Assembly: GCF_009914755.1 (NCBI RefSeq)
Contig: NC_060928.1
Length of the DNA stretch: 64,000 nucleotides
Source: the human T2T-CHM13v2.0 reference genome, Homo sapiens
Reading direction: 5' to 3' (one strand)
In this document: positions 1 through 17,766 of the stretch, one piece after another
Numbering within the stretch: position 1 is the stretch's first letter
Layout: each line of letters starts with the position of its first letter
Notes under the pieces: model-generated
The model's database searches: none
Seen by the model: only the letters and a program-made list of their open reading frames with translations
What the model was told of the DNA's origin: nothing
Translations under genes and position numbers: made by a program

Positions 1-957
1 AGATGTCTATCAGAATTATATGTATCATTGACTTTTAATATTATGAGTTTATTGGTCATAGCAGAAGCATCACTTGAAATTTTCTTTTTGTACTACCGTT
101 AGGAATAAAGAGAGCACTAAATAATTCTGTCGCTATAGAAAAATCAAATCATCTTTATTATACACTGCCATAATGAAGAGTTGATTCACAATTATCAGAA
201 TATAACTTTATCTTAAAATAAATTCTATACTATCGTTTTAAAGTCTCCATTAAAAGTTTACTTCTTAACTTTGAGATTAAACTTTAAACAAATTTACCAC
301 ACGTATAATAAATTTTTAAAAGAGTATTTTTAAAGGAATTTTCCACAATTATCTTCTTTTTTTTCAATACATTCATGGGAGAAAGCAGAGATGACTCAGG
401 ACTAGAAAGGGATGAGAGTGCTTCATGGAAATGAGAAACCATGGACAGAGCCTCTATTAATAGGTAATATATTACTAGTTGAAAGAAAAGAGGAAGTTCG
501 GATGAAAAATATATGTGGGTAATTTTAAGAATATATTGTATGTTTTACCTTCTAAAGTCTATTATGTGTGGGTATTGTAAATGCATACACTGACGTAAAT
601 TTAACTATCTAGAAAATATGTTATTTTCCTAAAACTAGTAAATCAAAACATAAAACATAGCTGAGAGATGCTACTTAGAGATAATTAGCTCCGTGACTTT
701 CTATAGCCAAGTAATTTTATTTGGTTAAAAATTATATTGCTTTGATTACAACTTTTCAATGCATTTACAATAATAATAAATAAATACCCCAAATATAGCC
801 GTGATATTAAAAGTCAAATTAATATACTCAATTATTAGTACTTTTTAAATAATAAATATTTGTAAGATTGAATATAGTACAATAAATGTTGAAAGGCCAC
901 AGAATGATACATAAAACTCTTATTCTATTTTATAAGGGAAAACTGAGGGTTCTACTT

Positions 958-1027
958 TACTATTTTACTGTACTATTTACTGTACTATTTACTGTACAGT
1001 AAAATAGTACTATTTTACTGTACTATT
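958..1027. repeat. Short TACTATT(T)TACTG tandem array containing an inverted copy (30-bp perfect palindrome 994-1023)
   Basis: Three direct 12-13 bp units, then the inverted unit TACAGTAAAATAGTA, then another direct unit; GTACAGTAAAATAGTACTATTTTACTGTAC is self-complementary. Confidence 0.85.
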
Positions 1028-1523
1028 GAGGAAAGAGAAAAAGGAGAAACTAAAAATGAAGAAAAAATCAGGGAAACGTCTATCATGGCTTAAAGTAACC
1101 AAAATATGTTTATATGCTACCTAAAATAATAAAGTCATAATGTGCTGCTTAGCAACACCTGATTATGCATTGAATGCAACAATGTTAGAAGAACCGTGAA
1201 GTGTCTGGTAGTCTTAACAAATTTACAGAAATAAAACCTGCCAATTTATTTTCTGAAATATGAACACTAAAATGAATTGAATGTTGACTCTTGTAATTCT
1301 AAGACCTTACAAAACTCCTGTTTGGAACTGAACATTAGCGACCTCTTAAGGATACTTAATGATTGACAGGATATATATGGTCATTGCACATGTGGAAATT
1401 TAACTCAATATTGATCAAAAGTTCAAATGTTGATAGCCCATAGGGTGGTGTTAACATTATAATAGGAGTAAAATATATCTCAAGTAAAAAAGATGTTAAT
1501 TAATGTTAAACTTTAATTAATCA

Positions 1524-1650
1524 GCTGAGCGTGGTGGTTCACACCTGTAATCACAACACTTTGGGAGGCCAAGACAGGAAGAATACTTGACCCTTGGAGT
1601 TCAAGACTAGCCTGGGCAATATAATGAGACTGTCTCTACCACAAATAAAA
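1524..1650 (+). mobile_element. Free left Alu monomer (FLAM-like)
   Basis: Alu left-arm sequence ending in an A-rich tail; TSD TTTAATTAATCA at 1512-1523 and 1652-1663. Confidence 0.85.
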
Positions 1651-2199
1651 GTTTAATTAATCACAAAACTTTATCCCATAGAAAGAAATAACAAAGGTGA
1701 ATATCACTGAATTCATATTAGACTATAGCTGATCCTCCCCCCAAATAAAGTGATTAATGGGAGAAAACATTCTAGTTGTCAAGAAAAACAGAATTATATT
1801 TGTTATTAACTAAATTTGAAGCATGCAGTCAATACAATAAGAATGGCAGTTCTATTCTAAACAAATACCACATCCTAAAGATGAACATATTTTATTTCTG
1901 GCAATATAGACACGCATATAACTATTATTCTTAGATAAAATATAACTTTTATGCATAGAGATCACAAGACAAAAAAGGAAAACCCAATTATAGGAAATAA
2001 TCAAGAACCTGAGAAATAATTCAGTAAGTTTTGGGGTTTACACAATTTCTTTGGTTTTCTTGCACATTGGGAATCTATATAAAGCCCTAGGCCAGTACTA
2101 GTGTTGGTATTGATTCCTATGCACAGATACACATATTTAATTAAAAGAGAGAACTAGAAAGAAATTCACCTCCAGTACAGGTAAAATATGTCAATCTCT

Positions 2200-4500
2200 G
2201 CCTGTTCAAAGATAGAAAATATATATCCCCTGAGAATTTGTAAACAGCCACTGGTGCCATATTAGGTTTTGATGCTTAAGTATATATTATAATATTACTG
2301 TCAGGTTTTTGGAACACTCTCATTGAAACTTTAGTAGTGTTCCACTAATGGTGATCTCAAGCTGTAATACTTCTGGGACATCTGGCCCTAGAAAAAATAA
2401 CCCACTGGAGGACTATGCATTCAGTTTAGGTAACATAGCTTAAAACCCTCAAGTAGGTAAACTTACAATTTAAGTTTTAAAAATCATATAAAAACTAATC
2501 CACCATCAGACAGTGTCCAGGGACATGATAAATAATAAGATTAACTCAAGAGAACATCACAAATATGGAATCTCATAGAAAGTCACCTAAATCACTTAAA
2601 GATGATTGGAAGATTTAAAATAAAGAATCAAAAATATTAGAAAAACATGGTAGTGCAAAAACCTACAGGATTTTTTGAGAAAAGATCAAATAAAATTTAT
2701 TGAAATAAAACCTTTCGTACCTTATGATTAAAATGTAATGGAATGATAGTGTAGTCATGCAGAACAAACAGAAGAATTAGTCAATGAAAGGATGAGCCTG
2801 AAGAACCTACTCAGAAAGCAGAAAGATAAAGGGATTCAGAAAATATGAAAGATAGATTAAAAGAAATAGGGACCAAAATTAAATGATATAACATGTTCAC
2901 AGGCATCCACAATAATAAGCAAAAAAAGTCCATTAATTGCAATGACAAACTACATATTCCATCTCATCCATCCCTCCTGCTGAGAACAACTGAAAAAGTA
3001 TGAGAAAATATTTTATCAAAATCTCCACAGAGTGGTTAAGAAAAATAAAAAGAATTAGGGAACCAAGATCTGGGAGACAGGAGAAGCTCAGAAAGCTGAG
3101 TCTAGCAACTACCCTTAGCCACATTCCCCTAAGGGTATCTGTTTATATTGGAAGAAGAAGCTAAGAGGCGAGGAAGCTGAGCAGGGCTTTTCACACACCT
3201 ATGAGCCTAATGGGACAAAAATCAAACTTTATGCACAAAGAGAAGCCCTGGTAAAAGTCCGCAATTTCAGTAGTTACCCTTAAATAAGGATGAATCAGAA
3301 ATCAATCAATTCTTAAAGGAAACTAAGCTCAATTTTGAGTCATCTCCATCCCTGTTTGAATTAAAGTGATCTGTAACCTCCAAAGTCCAGCCTTACTGCT
3401 GGCAGAGGCAAATATAAATCTTCTCTGGAAGGAGATCGCTTCTTTATTCAGACCCTATAATTATCTCTAAATTTTTTCATATATAATACCAGGCCTCAAT
3501 AAAATAGAACGAAGAATGCTAGAAGACAAGACATGATGAAAAACCAGGGGGAAATTAAAAAGGTATTATAGAGATTCACCAACAATTCAGATAAAGTTTT
3601 CATACACAATTAAGAATAACTATGATTGATATAAACATAAAATACAAGACAGAATTATTTGGAAATCTAGAAACTACGGAAAGAAACACAGACATTTTGG
3701 AACTGCAAAGTATAGTAAGTGGGTTTATGAGATATCATTTAATGGTAGAGAGAAAAATAGTGAACTGGAAGTTGGAAGAAAATATCCCAACTAAAGCAAA
3801 GAGAGATAAATATGTGGAACGGGAAAGGTGTAGGATATATACATGATGAGCAATGAAAAAGTACATCATTCTAATATATGTGAAACTGAAGTGTGAGAAT
3901 AAAAAAGTTAAAGAAAAGTGAAAAAGCTATATATTGAATGATATGATGGCTGAGAGTTTTCCAATACTGGCAAAATATATCAAGATAAATATTAAAGAAT
4001 TACTGTAAATAACTATATAGATATATAAAATAAAATGTACACATACACATATATTGATATATAATTAAAGACATATGATGACAAGATCTATATACTGAAT
4101 ATATATGTAATGAAAACCAGATGTAAGTATATAATTGCTAAACCATTTGAAACAATAATAGAAAAATATTTTTAAAAAACAGATTAAAAAACAAAAAATG
4201 TCATAAATATTACCAACAAATTAATGGCAATTAAATTAATAGAAGAGTTCTAAAGAGCAATATAAGATATTGGCCAAATAGCTTTTAAATGAAACACTAT
4301 TGAAAGAAAATGTAAAATAAGGACAAGTTTAATTTGACTAACAAGTCTTACTGTCAATAGAACACGTCTTTCCGTCATTAGATTAACATCTAAAGGACCA
4401 ATTTGAGAAAAAGAAGTTGATTTCAAGAGAAAGCGATGAGATGATGAAATAAATAAAACAATATTGAGCAAAATTCTGGCATGCATATGGATAATTCTAT
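2200..4500 (+). mobile_element. Highly decayed ancient L1 (L1M-type) 5'/ORF1 remnants
   Basis: A-rich ORF1-like stretches at ~2600-2950 and ~3600-4250 (e.g. AGAAGAATTAGTCAATGAAAGGAT, AGAGAAAAATAGTGAACTGGAAG); boundaries approximate. Confidence 0.5.
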
Positions 4501-4740
4501 ACAAAAAAGCAGAATATCTTATAATTTGATTATATACAATGTGATTATAATACTACTAATAATGTATGTGCATATGCAAAAAATATATACAACCATAATG
4601 TACAAAATGGGAAGTATTCTTTGACTTTAAACCATCCTGCAAATTTAGGAAGAATGCACAAAACAAAATTAAGGAATAGGAAGTATTAGTTGGGGAATGG
4701 AATGCTAAATAGGAAGTGTCATGGCATGAGAGAATGTCCT

Positions 4741-5058
<318 letters not shown>

Positions 5059-6095
5059 GAGAGAATGTCCTGTGTAAATTGCATTGTCACTTTGAATATG
5101 TTATTTTATTAGAATTGTTATACTCCTTCTAAACAGTGGAAGCCTACAGACCTAAGAAAAGGGGCAGGCACATGAATTCTTGTCTTTCTTCTTAAGTAAT
5201 AAACATCAAATATTACCCAAAATTCTTCCTTGATGTGCTAAAGATATTGGCTGCTGATTTAATATTGTTAAATTAGCTGGGTTTATTTTGTTAAAAAAGA
5301 TTCATTTAGTACAATACTTCACTGGGATTAAATAGACCATTTTATTCTCTGTAAACCATTTCTTTGCAGTCTTGTAAATGCTACCTACATAATTAAGTGA
5401 TCAAGCCAGAATGAAACCAAGGATGCCAGTGAGACATTTAATGGTTTAGTATGAGATGTATGATAGTGTTTATCTATCTGAAAAATGAGAAAACTATTTC
5501 CACTCTCATTCTCAACAACTAAAAGTGTTTAACACTGAAACCAGCACCAATCAATGTCTATAATTTTGCTGACCTTGAAAAACAATGCAACTGCTAAAGA
5601 GTTTACTTTTACAAAGATAGAGTGCACTAACACAATATAATCAGCAACTGCAGAAAAAAGTTTCTATAGGAAAACAAAGACATGCTTCTGGAAATGGAAA
5701 ATTTTAAAGCTGCACAAAATCTCTGAATTATACAATAAAAAATAGGATGAAGGAAGGATGCATAAAGCAACAAGCTGGTTGCCTGTGATACGAAGCACAA
5801 AGCAAGAATTAAGTGGGGCAGGAAGACAGATTGCAACCAAACTATTTATTTATGCTCACTGGTTAAAATTTGTAACCAGTGTGCTCACTGAATTACCCAA
5901 CATCATCTAAGGAAGAAGCAAGATTGGTCATCATACCTATGTCCCCATTTACATTAGATACTATCCGCTGTGCAAGTCTCCCAGAGGACCCTTTAACTCA
6001 GTGACAGTCCTCCCAATTTTACTTTGCAGAAACAGTAATCAGACCTGATTGTCCACCTCTTCATACCTTCTCAGATTTTCCAACATACTTTAAGG

Positions 6096-6621
6096 CAGGG
6101 GTCTCCAACCCCTGGGCCACAGACCAGTCCTGGTCCCTGGCCTATTAGGAACCTGGCTGCACAGCACATGGTGAGTGGTGGGCATGTGAGCAAAGCCTCA
6201 TCGGTGTTTACAGCCATTCCCCATTACTCACATTACCGTCTGAGCTCTGGCTCCTTGTCAGATAAGTGGCAGCATTAGATTCTCATAGCAGCACCTACCC
6301 TATTGTGGACTGTGCATGTGAGGAATCTAGGTTGCATGCTCCTTATGAGAATCTAATGCCTAATGGTCACTATCTCCTATCACCCCAAGAGGACACTGTC
6401 TAGTTTTAGGAAAACAAGTTCAGGGCTGCCACTGATTCTACATTTTGGTGAGCTACATAATTATTACATTATATATTACAATGTCATAATGATAGAAGTA
6501 AAGTGCAAAATAAATGTAATGTGCTTGAATCACCGTGAAACCACTCCCTACATCCCCTGTGTGTGGAGAAATTGCCTTCCATGAAACTGGTCTCTGGTGC
6601 CAAAAAGGTTGGGGACTGCTG
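6096..6621 (+). mobile_element. MER1A (hAT-Charlie non-autonomous DNA transposon)
   Basis: TIRs CAGGGGTCTCCAACC...GGTTGGGGACTGCTG, 526 bp, 8-bp TSD CTTTAAGG/CTTTAGGG. Confidence 0.9.
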
Positions 6622-6823
6622 CTTTAGGGCACTCATGATCTGTCTTCTAAATCATCAAATTCCACTCCAAAGAGTCCTTCATTGTCCTGCTATGATATAA
6701 AACTTTTCTTCCTCTTCTTCAACTAGTATTTATATTTCATAATAAATTTACATGATTGTATGTCAGAAAGAGTATTAGGAGTCCTTTTTCTTATTAAATG
6801 CTGCTTCAAAAATATTTGTTTTC

Positions 6824-10466
<3,643 letters not shown>

Positions 10467-10489
10467 AAAAATATTTGTTTTCCATTTTC

Positions 10490-11071
10490 CTTGTGGAATG
10501 CATATCACTAGACTTTACTATCTAATATTATTTCTTCTAATTGCTATGTCTAATGTTCTTTCCACCTAAATCACTGATCATATTAGCATAGCACATCCTC
10601 TCCTCCACTATTTACTTATCAATGTTGATGATTTTAACATCACTTTAATTTTCTGCCCTTTAGGTCCTTGATCTACTCAAATCTGAAGATTCTCTGCTCT
10701 GCAACTCTTTCCCCGCGTCTTATACTAAGAAATGCACTACCCCCAAACTAGAGATTTCAAATATCTTACTTCTTATAATCACCATCTCTCCTTTCTGCTT
10801 ATTTACACTAATAATTCTCTCTAAAACATTCCTTGATTTTCCAAGAATTATTCTACTATTTTCACGATCATAAATTCCTCATTTCTCCTAAATTTCATGC
10901 TATTCTGGACTAAATTATAGGATCCATAACAAATCACAACCTGAGGAACGTACCTACTTTACTTTGCCCTCTTCTCTCTTGGTCTCACTATGAGCAACCG
11001 TAAACCTCGTTTTACTCAACTATTTGACTTTCTGAGTTACTGAATTACTCTATACAGAGAGAATTTTCCTG
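10490..11071 (+). mobile_element. Probable L2 remnant (appears to resume at ~13141-13350 after MER52)
   Basis: Pyrimidine-rich L2-like text; L2 3'-like TGTGAAATCTCCATGAGAACAAG near 13267. Confidence 0.4.
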
Positions 11072-11075
11072 ATAC

Positions 11076-13136
11076 TGATGGCAGCATCAGGTCATCTGTA
11101 GAGGCTGTTGCCATCATGCCAGCTGCAGTAGGGAGGTGAAGCCAGGACTGCATGCTCCATGGAGCTGGCAGAAGCCAGGAAAAAGCGGGAGATTCACCCC
11201 TTATAAGTAGGGGCAGGAGTTCCCTGGGTTCTACTGCAGCCATCCAAACTGTGGCTGCAGACCCCAGCCTCTCACTCCATGGAGCAGGCATGACAATCAC
11301 CCCACCGAACACAGCTGCAGCCACCCAAATCATGGCTGCAGGCCCAGGAATCCCTGAACTCTCAGAGGTCTAGGGAGGCCCCGCTGCCTTCACAGGGTTG
11401 AAAGTGTCTGCTCCAGCTGTCTGGCTTCTCTCTGCTCTCAGTGCCCACTCCAATTTCAGAGCAAAGTTGGGACCAAGCCCAGGCACTGTGACAGCCCTAC
11501 CGGGTTTGTGCACACTTGGAGCAGTGCTGACACACCAGCCCCCTGCTGCCTGCTGCTCTAGCCCCCTCTGGACTTTGGGCACTGACAAGCAAGGGAGGAA
11601 AGCCATAGGGGTACTAAGGGCAGCTTGGCACTGGCATGTAGATGCCCCTTGGCATGAACAGCCTGGGCACCATAAACAGCAGTAGGAAGCAGACAGGCTC
11701 CTGGGCAGAGGGGGCCAGTTCCTGGTGAGGCCTCATCTTCAGGCCATGAAGTGCCTGAAGGATGGGGACCCAGCTGCCAGTCTCACAGACTGGGATGTGA
11801 ACTTGTGGTGTCTTTTCTGGGCCCTCCCTTGGCTGCCTATGGACCAATCAGAGTACACTTCCTTCCATCTGAAGCCCATAAAGGCCCCAGGCTCAGGCAG
11901 AGCTGAGGAGAGGCGGGAACTACCAGCTGCAGAGAGGAACAACCCACTCCAGGGCCTCCTTTTTGCTGAGAGCTTGGAAGACAGCAGGATGACCTGCTTG
12001 CAGTGGAGAACAACCCATTGCAGGACCTCCTCTCTGCTGAGAGCTGCAGAGATGATGGGACAACCTGCCCATGGAGAGGAGCTTCCCACTCTAGGGTCTC
12101 CTCTCTGCTAAGAGCTGAACACTTGTTGGGAGACCCTGGTGGCAGAAAGGAGCTTCTCCCTATAGGTTTTCTCTGAGCTGTTCTATTGCTCAGTCCAAGC
12201 TCCTCTTCATCTTGCCCACCCTCCACTTGTCTTCATACCTCATTCTTGCTGTTTGTGGGACAAGAACTCAGGATCCACCAAACAGCAAGGCTAAAAGAGC
12301 TATAACAAAAATGGAGCTAAAGGCCAGGCAAGGTGGCTGACACCTGTAATCTCAGCACTTTGGGAGGTTGGGGTGTGTGGATCACCTGAGATCAGGATTT
12401 GAGACCAGCCTAACCAACATGGCAAAAACCCATCTCTACTAAAAATACAAAAATTAGCTGGGGGTGGTGGCACATTCCTGTAATCTCAGCTACTTGGGAG
12501 GCTGAGGCAGGAGAATCATTTGAACCTGGGAGGTGGAGGTGAGGTTTCAGTGAGCTGAGATCACATCATTGCACTCCAGCCTGGGCGACAAGAGTAAAAC
12601 TCCATCTAAAAAAAAAATGGGGCTAAAACATCCCCCTTGCTTGCCACGTTGCAGGTGAAGAGAAGGAGAGAAAAGCTGCAGCCTTTCAGGGAGCCCAGAC
12701 CTGGGAGCTTCCAGAGCCAGGCCTGTGACTCCCTCTTTGGGCCCCTGTGGTTGCTGGCATTTCTAAGCTTCTGGGTGCTATCACACTCCCTGGTGACAGC
12801 TGGGGAAGCAGCTTGTGGTGTGCCTGGTCCAGCTGCAGCCTCACAGAGAGCTAACACCCATGCTGGCACCTGGAGGTGTCTACCCTGTGGCAGGAGCCAG
12901 CATGTCTGACTGTGGAGTGGCCTGATCCAACACTCACTCACACACCCTTTGTCACTCCACACCTGACTTCAGTTTCCCTTCGAGGTGTGGGATCCGGGCC
13001 AGTAGCATGAGCTCAGTGCAACCTGCCAGGCCGAGTGGGCAGAATGAGCCCAGCAGGCCCAAGGAAAACTCAGGCAAAGGCATCACTAGCCACAAGTTTC
13101 CAGCCAGAAAAGCAACACCCTAAAAATCTCATAAAA
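11076..13136 (+). mobile_element. MER52 (MER52A-like) ERV1 solo LTR
   Basis: GC-rich, CpG-depleted ~1.77-kb LTR (excluding the Alu) starting TGATGGCAGC; 4-bp TSD ATAC (11072-11075, 13137-13140); explains the cluster of spurious ORFs at 11037-13217. Confidence 0.8.
12322..12612 (+). mobile_element. AluS (Sq/Sp-like) nested in MER52
   Basis: Dimeric Alu with GACAAGAG..AAACTCC; TSD AAAAATGG(A/G)GCTAAA. Confidence 0.92.
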
Positions 13137-13424
13137 ATACTGCCAGATGGAGCAGATCCTAGTATTTTCTGCCTGTTATTGTTTCCCCACTTCCCTGTTT
13201 TTGGTCTTTATATCTGAAATTACTTATGTCTATTAAGATTTTTAGTGTACATTTCTCATTACTGTTGTGAAATCTCCATGAGAACAAGTACTCTGGATCA
13301 TTTTGATCACCACTAGTATATGCAGTGATTGGAGGACTGCATGACACTGAAGAATGTGTGATGTGATTTTATAATATTTAAATAGATGCATGGCCTTTTT
13401 TAGAAGAAGACTTGGTAGTAGTTT

Positions 13425-13457
<33 letters not shown>

Positions 13458-13468
13458 ATGTGTGTGTG
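13425..13468. repeat. (TA)n(TG)n compound microsatellite
   Basis: Read directly from sequence. Confidence 0.95.
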
Positions 13469-13624
13469 TTTATTTATATTTATATATACCATGATTTTAG
13501 TTAAATGTGAGACTGTTACTTATAATCCTTTCCCTATCTGAAGAGAAGGTGATTACTGCTTAACCACCAAAGTCTGTCCACATTCACTGTGTTTAAAATC
13601 TGAAATTATACTCTGTTGTTGTTT

Positions 13625-13770
13625 TACTATTCTCAGGTAAATGATTTCCATGAATCTTAGTGTTCTCATCTGTGAAACAAACAATAAAAACAAAAATAAA
13701 TGGAGGCCACAAAAGTATCTATCTATTCAGGACACTGTGAGGAATAAATGTAATAATATGTCAAATTACA
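13625..13770 (+). mobile_element. MIR fragment
   Basis: Core-like CTTAGTGTTCTCATCTGTGAAA and TGTGAGGAATAAATGTAATAAT. Confidence 0.5.
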
Positions 13771-14490
13771 AAAAAATTATTAAGAACTCATTAAATATAC
13801 TATTAAATTATAGTTTTAAAGCAACATTAAAAACTTTTGGTCTTTTGTATAGGTGGAAGCATTTCTGCTAAAACATGATATATGCATTCCTGAGACACGT
13901 TTTCTGAAAAAATAACACTATGAAAATACAAGGTTATAAAAACATAAAGTTAGGGAAAGATTAGTTAAAATCTTTACAACTCTGTGTTGTGATCACTAAC
14001 AAAACCAGCAATAGTCATAATAAAAAATAATAGTACAGTTAAAATTATGTTTCTAATAAAAAATTCAACAGAAAATATAGTTCGCCTTCTTTAAAAAAAG
14101 GGGGAATAAAGGGTGATGAAAATGTGTGTAAGAATGAGTTTCCAGTGCTTAAATTAACAAAGATAAAGGGAAATTAGACAAAATACATTTCTAAGACAGA
14201 GCACCTGGCCAAAGGAGCTTGGTAAGAAATAGATATTGTGATACAGTGTATATTAATAGCTTATATCTCTCCGTGTTTATGTTGTATAGTTTGTGCTCAG
14301 CTAGTGTTACTTGGTGGTGCAAAATGATACCGTGCTCAAAGAAAGGTTTATAAACAATTGTAAATTCCACATCATACTGATACCATTACCCTATTTACCA
14401 ATTTTGCATGAGTTAATTAAAGTTATAGAGACAAATAAAGCAAACTATATAACCAAGTAAACATATTCTTACAGTCAAATGTAGTTGTTG

Positions 14491-14765
14491 CTCAACAGGA
14501 AAGAAATCAAAGAAACATTTATCATGATATCCCTCAAAGCATTAAATGGATATTTATTTACTGTCACTAAGATAAACATGCACACACACACAGACACACA
14601 CACACACACACACTTACTTAAAACATTCTTTCCAGGCAAATTTAATGCTTTAACAAAAATCAATTCTGGTAAATAGAATTTTATTCATCTCATTCAACCT
14701 TGTTATGGGGAAAATACTTTCTTGCTACAAATTATTCAACAGTTAGGTTTCTACTCATGGAAGAA
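14491..14765 (+). repeat. Copy 1 (likely source) of a local ~280-bp duplication containing (CA)n
   Basis: Aligns by eye at ~85-90% outside the microsatellite to 16907-17208. Confidence 0.9.
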
Positions 14766-15164
14766 TGATTTTCTTTCAAAATCTTGCTGGTTGATTGCTG
14801 ATACATCAGTTTGTCAAAAGATTAACCTCAATTACACACTTTAGAGCCACGGAGAGAAAAAAATAAAGTATGAACAAAATGTCATGGCTTGTGGAGAACA
14901 TTTTAACCTGCTTTCATTTGTAATCTATAGAAAGCTTTTTAAAAAAATACCAGAAAACATAAAATTTTAAAAAAAATAAATATTAATAGATGAGAGGAAG
15001 GGGTCTATCCCCACCCTCCCCCACAGTAATCTGTGTATAAATATCTGTGAAATGTATAAGTGAATCCAATGCAAACCAGCTAGGTTACCATTTGCATTGA
15101 TTTGTTTTTCAATTGTCAGCATTTAGAAGAGGAAGTAATAGGACAAAATCATAGGAAAAAACTC

Positions 15165-15350
15165 ATATATATATATACTCACACATATACATATATTATA
15201 GCTCCATATGTAACATATTTATACATATAAGATGATACAAATATAATCTCTATTTATATCTCTATATAACCTATGTCTATATCTATCTATAAGATTCTAT
15301 ATCTATACATCTATCAAATTTTATTGATATATGGTAGATAGATAGATATA
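15165..15350. repeat. TA/TATC low-complexity tract
   Basis: Read directly from sequence. Confidence 0.7.
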
Positions 15351-15805
15351 AAGACATGATATTTGATGTTATATTTTTTTAGTTTTGATATAGGAGTCTG
15401 AAATTCCTGGTGCATTTTTGAGAAGCTCTGTCTTGTGAAAAAAACACAATTTAGGACATTTTATATAAATTATGGAAAAGGTAGCATCTGGAGTTATTTG
15501 CATTCAGATTGGAAAGTAGAATGAGGTGAGAGACTTTACACTTGCTTACTATTCAAATGCACAAACATTAATGGTGAATGTTGAAAATGGTGCCTGACAT
15601 TTAATTTAAATTTAAAACAAAGTGTAATTTAAAATTAAGGTGTAATTTAAAACAAAGCTCCTATGTGAAATGTAATGGCTTTAAGGCTTTGAATGAAACT
15701 ACATGCTACCAACCATAGCTCTCAGCAAAGAGGAATTGGTAAGAGAAAACAGAAAAACAAAATGACAATCTGAAAACGTTTCAGATAGATTTTTATTCTC
15801 CATCT

Positions 15806-16906
15806 TGTTTTTTGTTTGTTTGTCTGTTTTTGTTGTCTTAAACAATAAGACATTTATTATTTCACACACCAGGCCAATGTGAGTCAGGTAGCTCTTGACT
15901 GAGTGACATGGAGGTTAAATCAATCCATCACAAGTCAAGTGAGATTAACATTGTCCATAAAGAAGTTAAAGGTTTTCTGGCCATCAGAGAAATGCAAATC
16001 AAAACCACAATGAGATACCATCTCACACCAGTTAGAATGGCGATCATTAAAAAGTCAGGAAACAACAAGTGCTGGAGAGGATGTGGAGAAATAGGAACAC
16101 TTTTACACTGTTGGTGGGACTGTAAACTAGTTCAACCATTGTGGAAGTCAGTGTGGCAATTCCTCAGGGATCTAGAAATACCATTTGACCCAGCCATCCC
16201 ATTACTGGGTATATACCCAAAGGAATATAAATCATGCTGCTATAAAGACACATGCACACGTGTGTTTATTGCGGCACTATTCACAATAGCAAAGACTTAG
16301 AACCAACCCAAATGTCCAACAATGATAGACTGGATTAAGAAAATGTGGCACATATACACCATGGAATAATATGCAGCCATAAAAATGATGAGTTCATGTC
16401 CTTTGTAGGGACATGGATGAAGCTGGAAACCATCATTCTCAGCAAACTATCACAACGGCAAAAAACCAAACACCACATGTTCTCACCCATAGGTGGGAAT
16501 TGAACAATGAGAACACATGGACACAGGAAGAGGAACATCACACACCGGGGCCTGTTGTGGGGTGGGGGGAGGGGGGAGGGATAGCATTAGGAGATATACC
16601 TAATGTTAAATGATGAGTTAATAGGTGCAGCACACCAACATGGCACATGTATACATATGTAACTAACCTGCATGTTGTGCACATGTACCCTAAAACTTAA
16701 AGTATAATAATAAAAAAAAAGAAGTTAAAGGTTTTCTAAGTCACAAGCAGACCCCAGTTAAGGTCCTGTTGAACCTAATGCCTTTCTCCTGTGTGGATTA
16801 ACTGATATAGAAGAACTGTATGGTTGCAGGTAATCTTTTCCACTTTGACTACACATTGTAACATCTTCTTCCACTGTAATAAGACTAACCCAACACTGAT
16901 GGGTGC
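15806..16906 (-). pseudogene. 3' part of KRAB-ZNF retrocopy: one degenerate C2H2 finger, putative 3'UTR and poly(A) remnant (interrupted by L1 at 15979-16717)
   Basis: Reverse complement of 16775-16906 reads, with frameshifts, ..YSGRRCY/CSQSGKD/TCNHTVLLYQLIHTGERH*; minus-strand AATAAA at 15853-15858 and A-rich tract ~15806-15835. The finger is well supported; the 3' extent is tentative. Confidence 0.6.
15979..16717 (+). mobile_element. 5'-truncated L1PA (L1PA4-like)
   Basis: ORF2 C-terminus ([18 protein letters not shown]), 3'UTR, poly(A); 20-bp TSD AAAGAAGTTAAAGGTTTTCT (15959-15978, 16718-16737). Confidence 0.96.
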
Positions 16907-17208
16907 CTCAACAGCAAAAAAAAAAAAAAAAAAAAACATTTATCATATCCCTCAAAGTATTAAGTGGATTTTTATTTACTGCCACTAAGATAAATATGCA
17001 CACAGAAGCACACACACAAGAATATAAACACAACACACACAAACACACACAGGCTTACTTAAAACATTCTTTCCAGACAAATTTACTCTTTAATAAAAAT
17101 AATGAATTCTAGTAAATATAATTTTATTCATCTCATTAGATGTTGTTATGGGAAAAATACTTTCTTGCTACGAAATATTCAAAAGTCATCTTTCAACTCA
17201 TGAAAGAA
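16907..17208 (+). repeat. Copy 2 of the local duplication (from 14491-14765)
   Basis: Shares AAACATTTATCAT..CCCTCAAAG, CTTACTTAAAACATTCTTTCCAG, AATTTTATTCATCTCATT and AAAATACTTTCTTGCTAC with copy 1. Confidence 0.9.
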
Positions 17209-17766
17209 GCATCTGTGGCTTTTCCAGGTGTACATTGCAAGCTGTCAGTGGATCTACCATTCTGGGATCTGGAGGATGGTGGCTGTTTTCTCACAGCCCC
17301 ACTAGGCAGTGCCCCAGTGAGTACTTTGTGTGGTGGCTCCGACCCCACATTTCCCCTCTGCACTATTCTAGAAGAGGTTCTTCTTGAGAGCTCTGCTCCT
17401 ACAGCCGACTTCTGTCTAGACATCCGGGGGTTTCCATATCTCCTCTGAAATCTAGGTGGAGGTTCCCAAACCTCAGTTCTTGACTTCTGTGTACCTGCAG
17501 GCTCAACACCACGTGCAAGCTGCCAAGCCTAGGGGCTTGCGCCCTCTGAAGCCTAAGCTGTACATTGGCCCCTTTTAGTGATGACTGGAACTGGAGCAGC
17601 TGAGACACAAGGCAACAAGTCCTGAGACTGCACAGATCAGGGGGCCCCTGGGCCAGGCCCACAGAACCATTTTTTCCTCCTAGGTTTCCAGACCTGTGAC
17701 AGAAGCTGCTGCTGTGAAGGTCTCTGAGGTGCCCTGGAGAATTGTCCCCATTGTCTTGGTGATTAA
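17209..17766 (-). mobile_element. Isolated THE1/MaLR internal fragment with no flanking LTRs
   Basis: TCTGTGGCTTTTCCAGG..GGATCTACCATTCTGGG..GGCAGTGCCCCAGT..CCCATTGTCTTGGTGATTAA matches the middle of THE1-int as recalled. Confidence 0.9.

Noticed and set aside
11037-13217. Dense overlapping ORFs and high GC suggesting a gene or CpG island
   Set aside because: Lies wholly within a CpG-depleted MER52 LTR plus Alu; stop-poor composition explains the ORFs.
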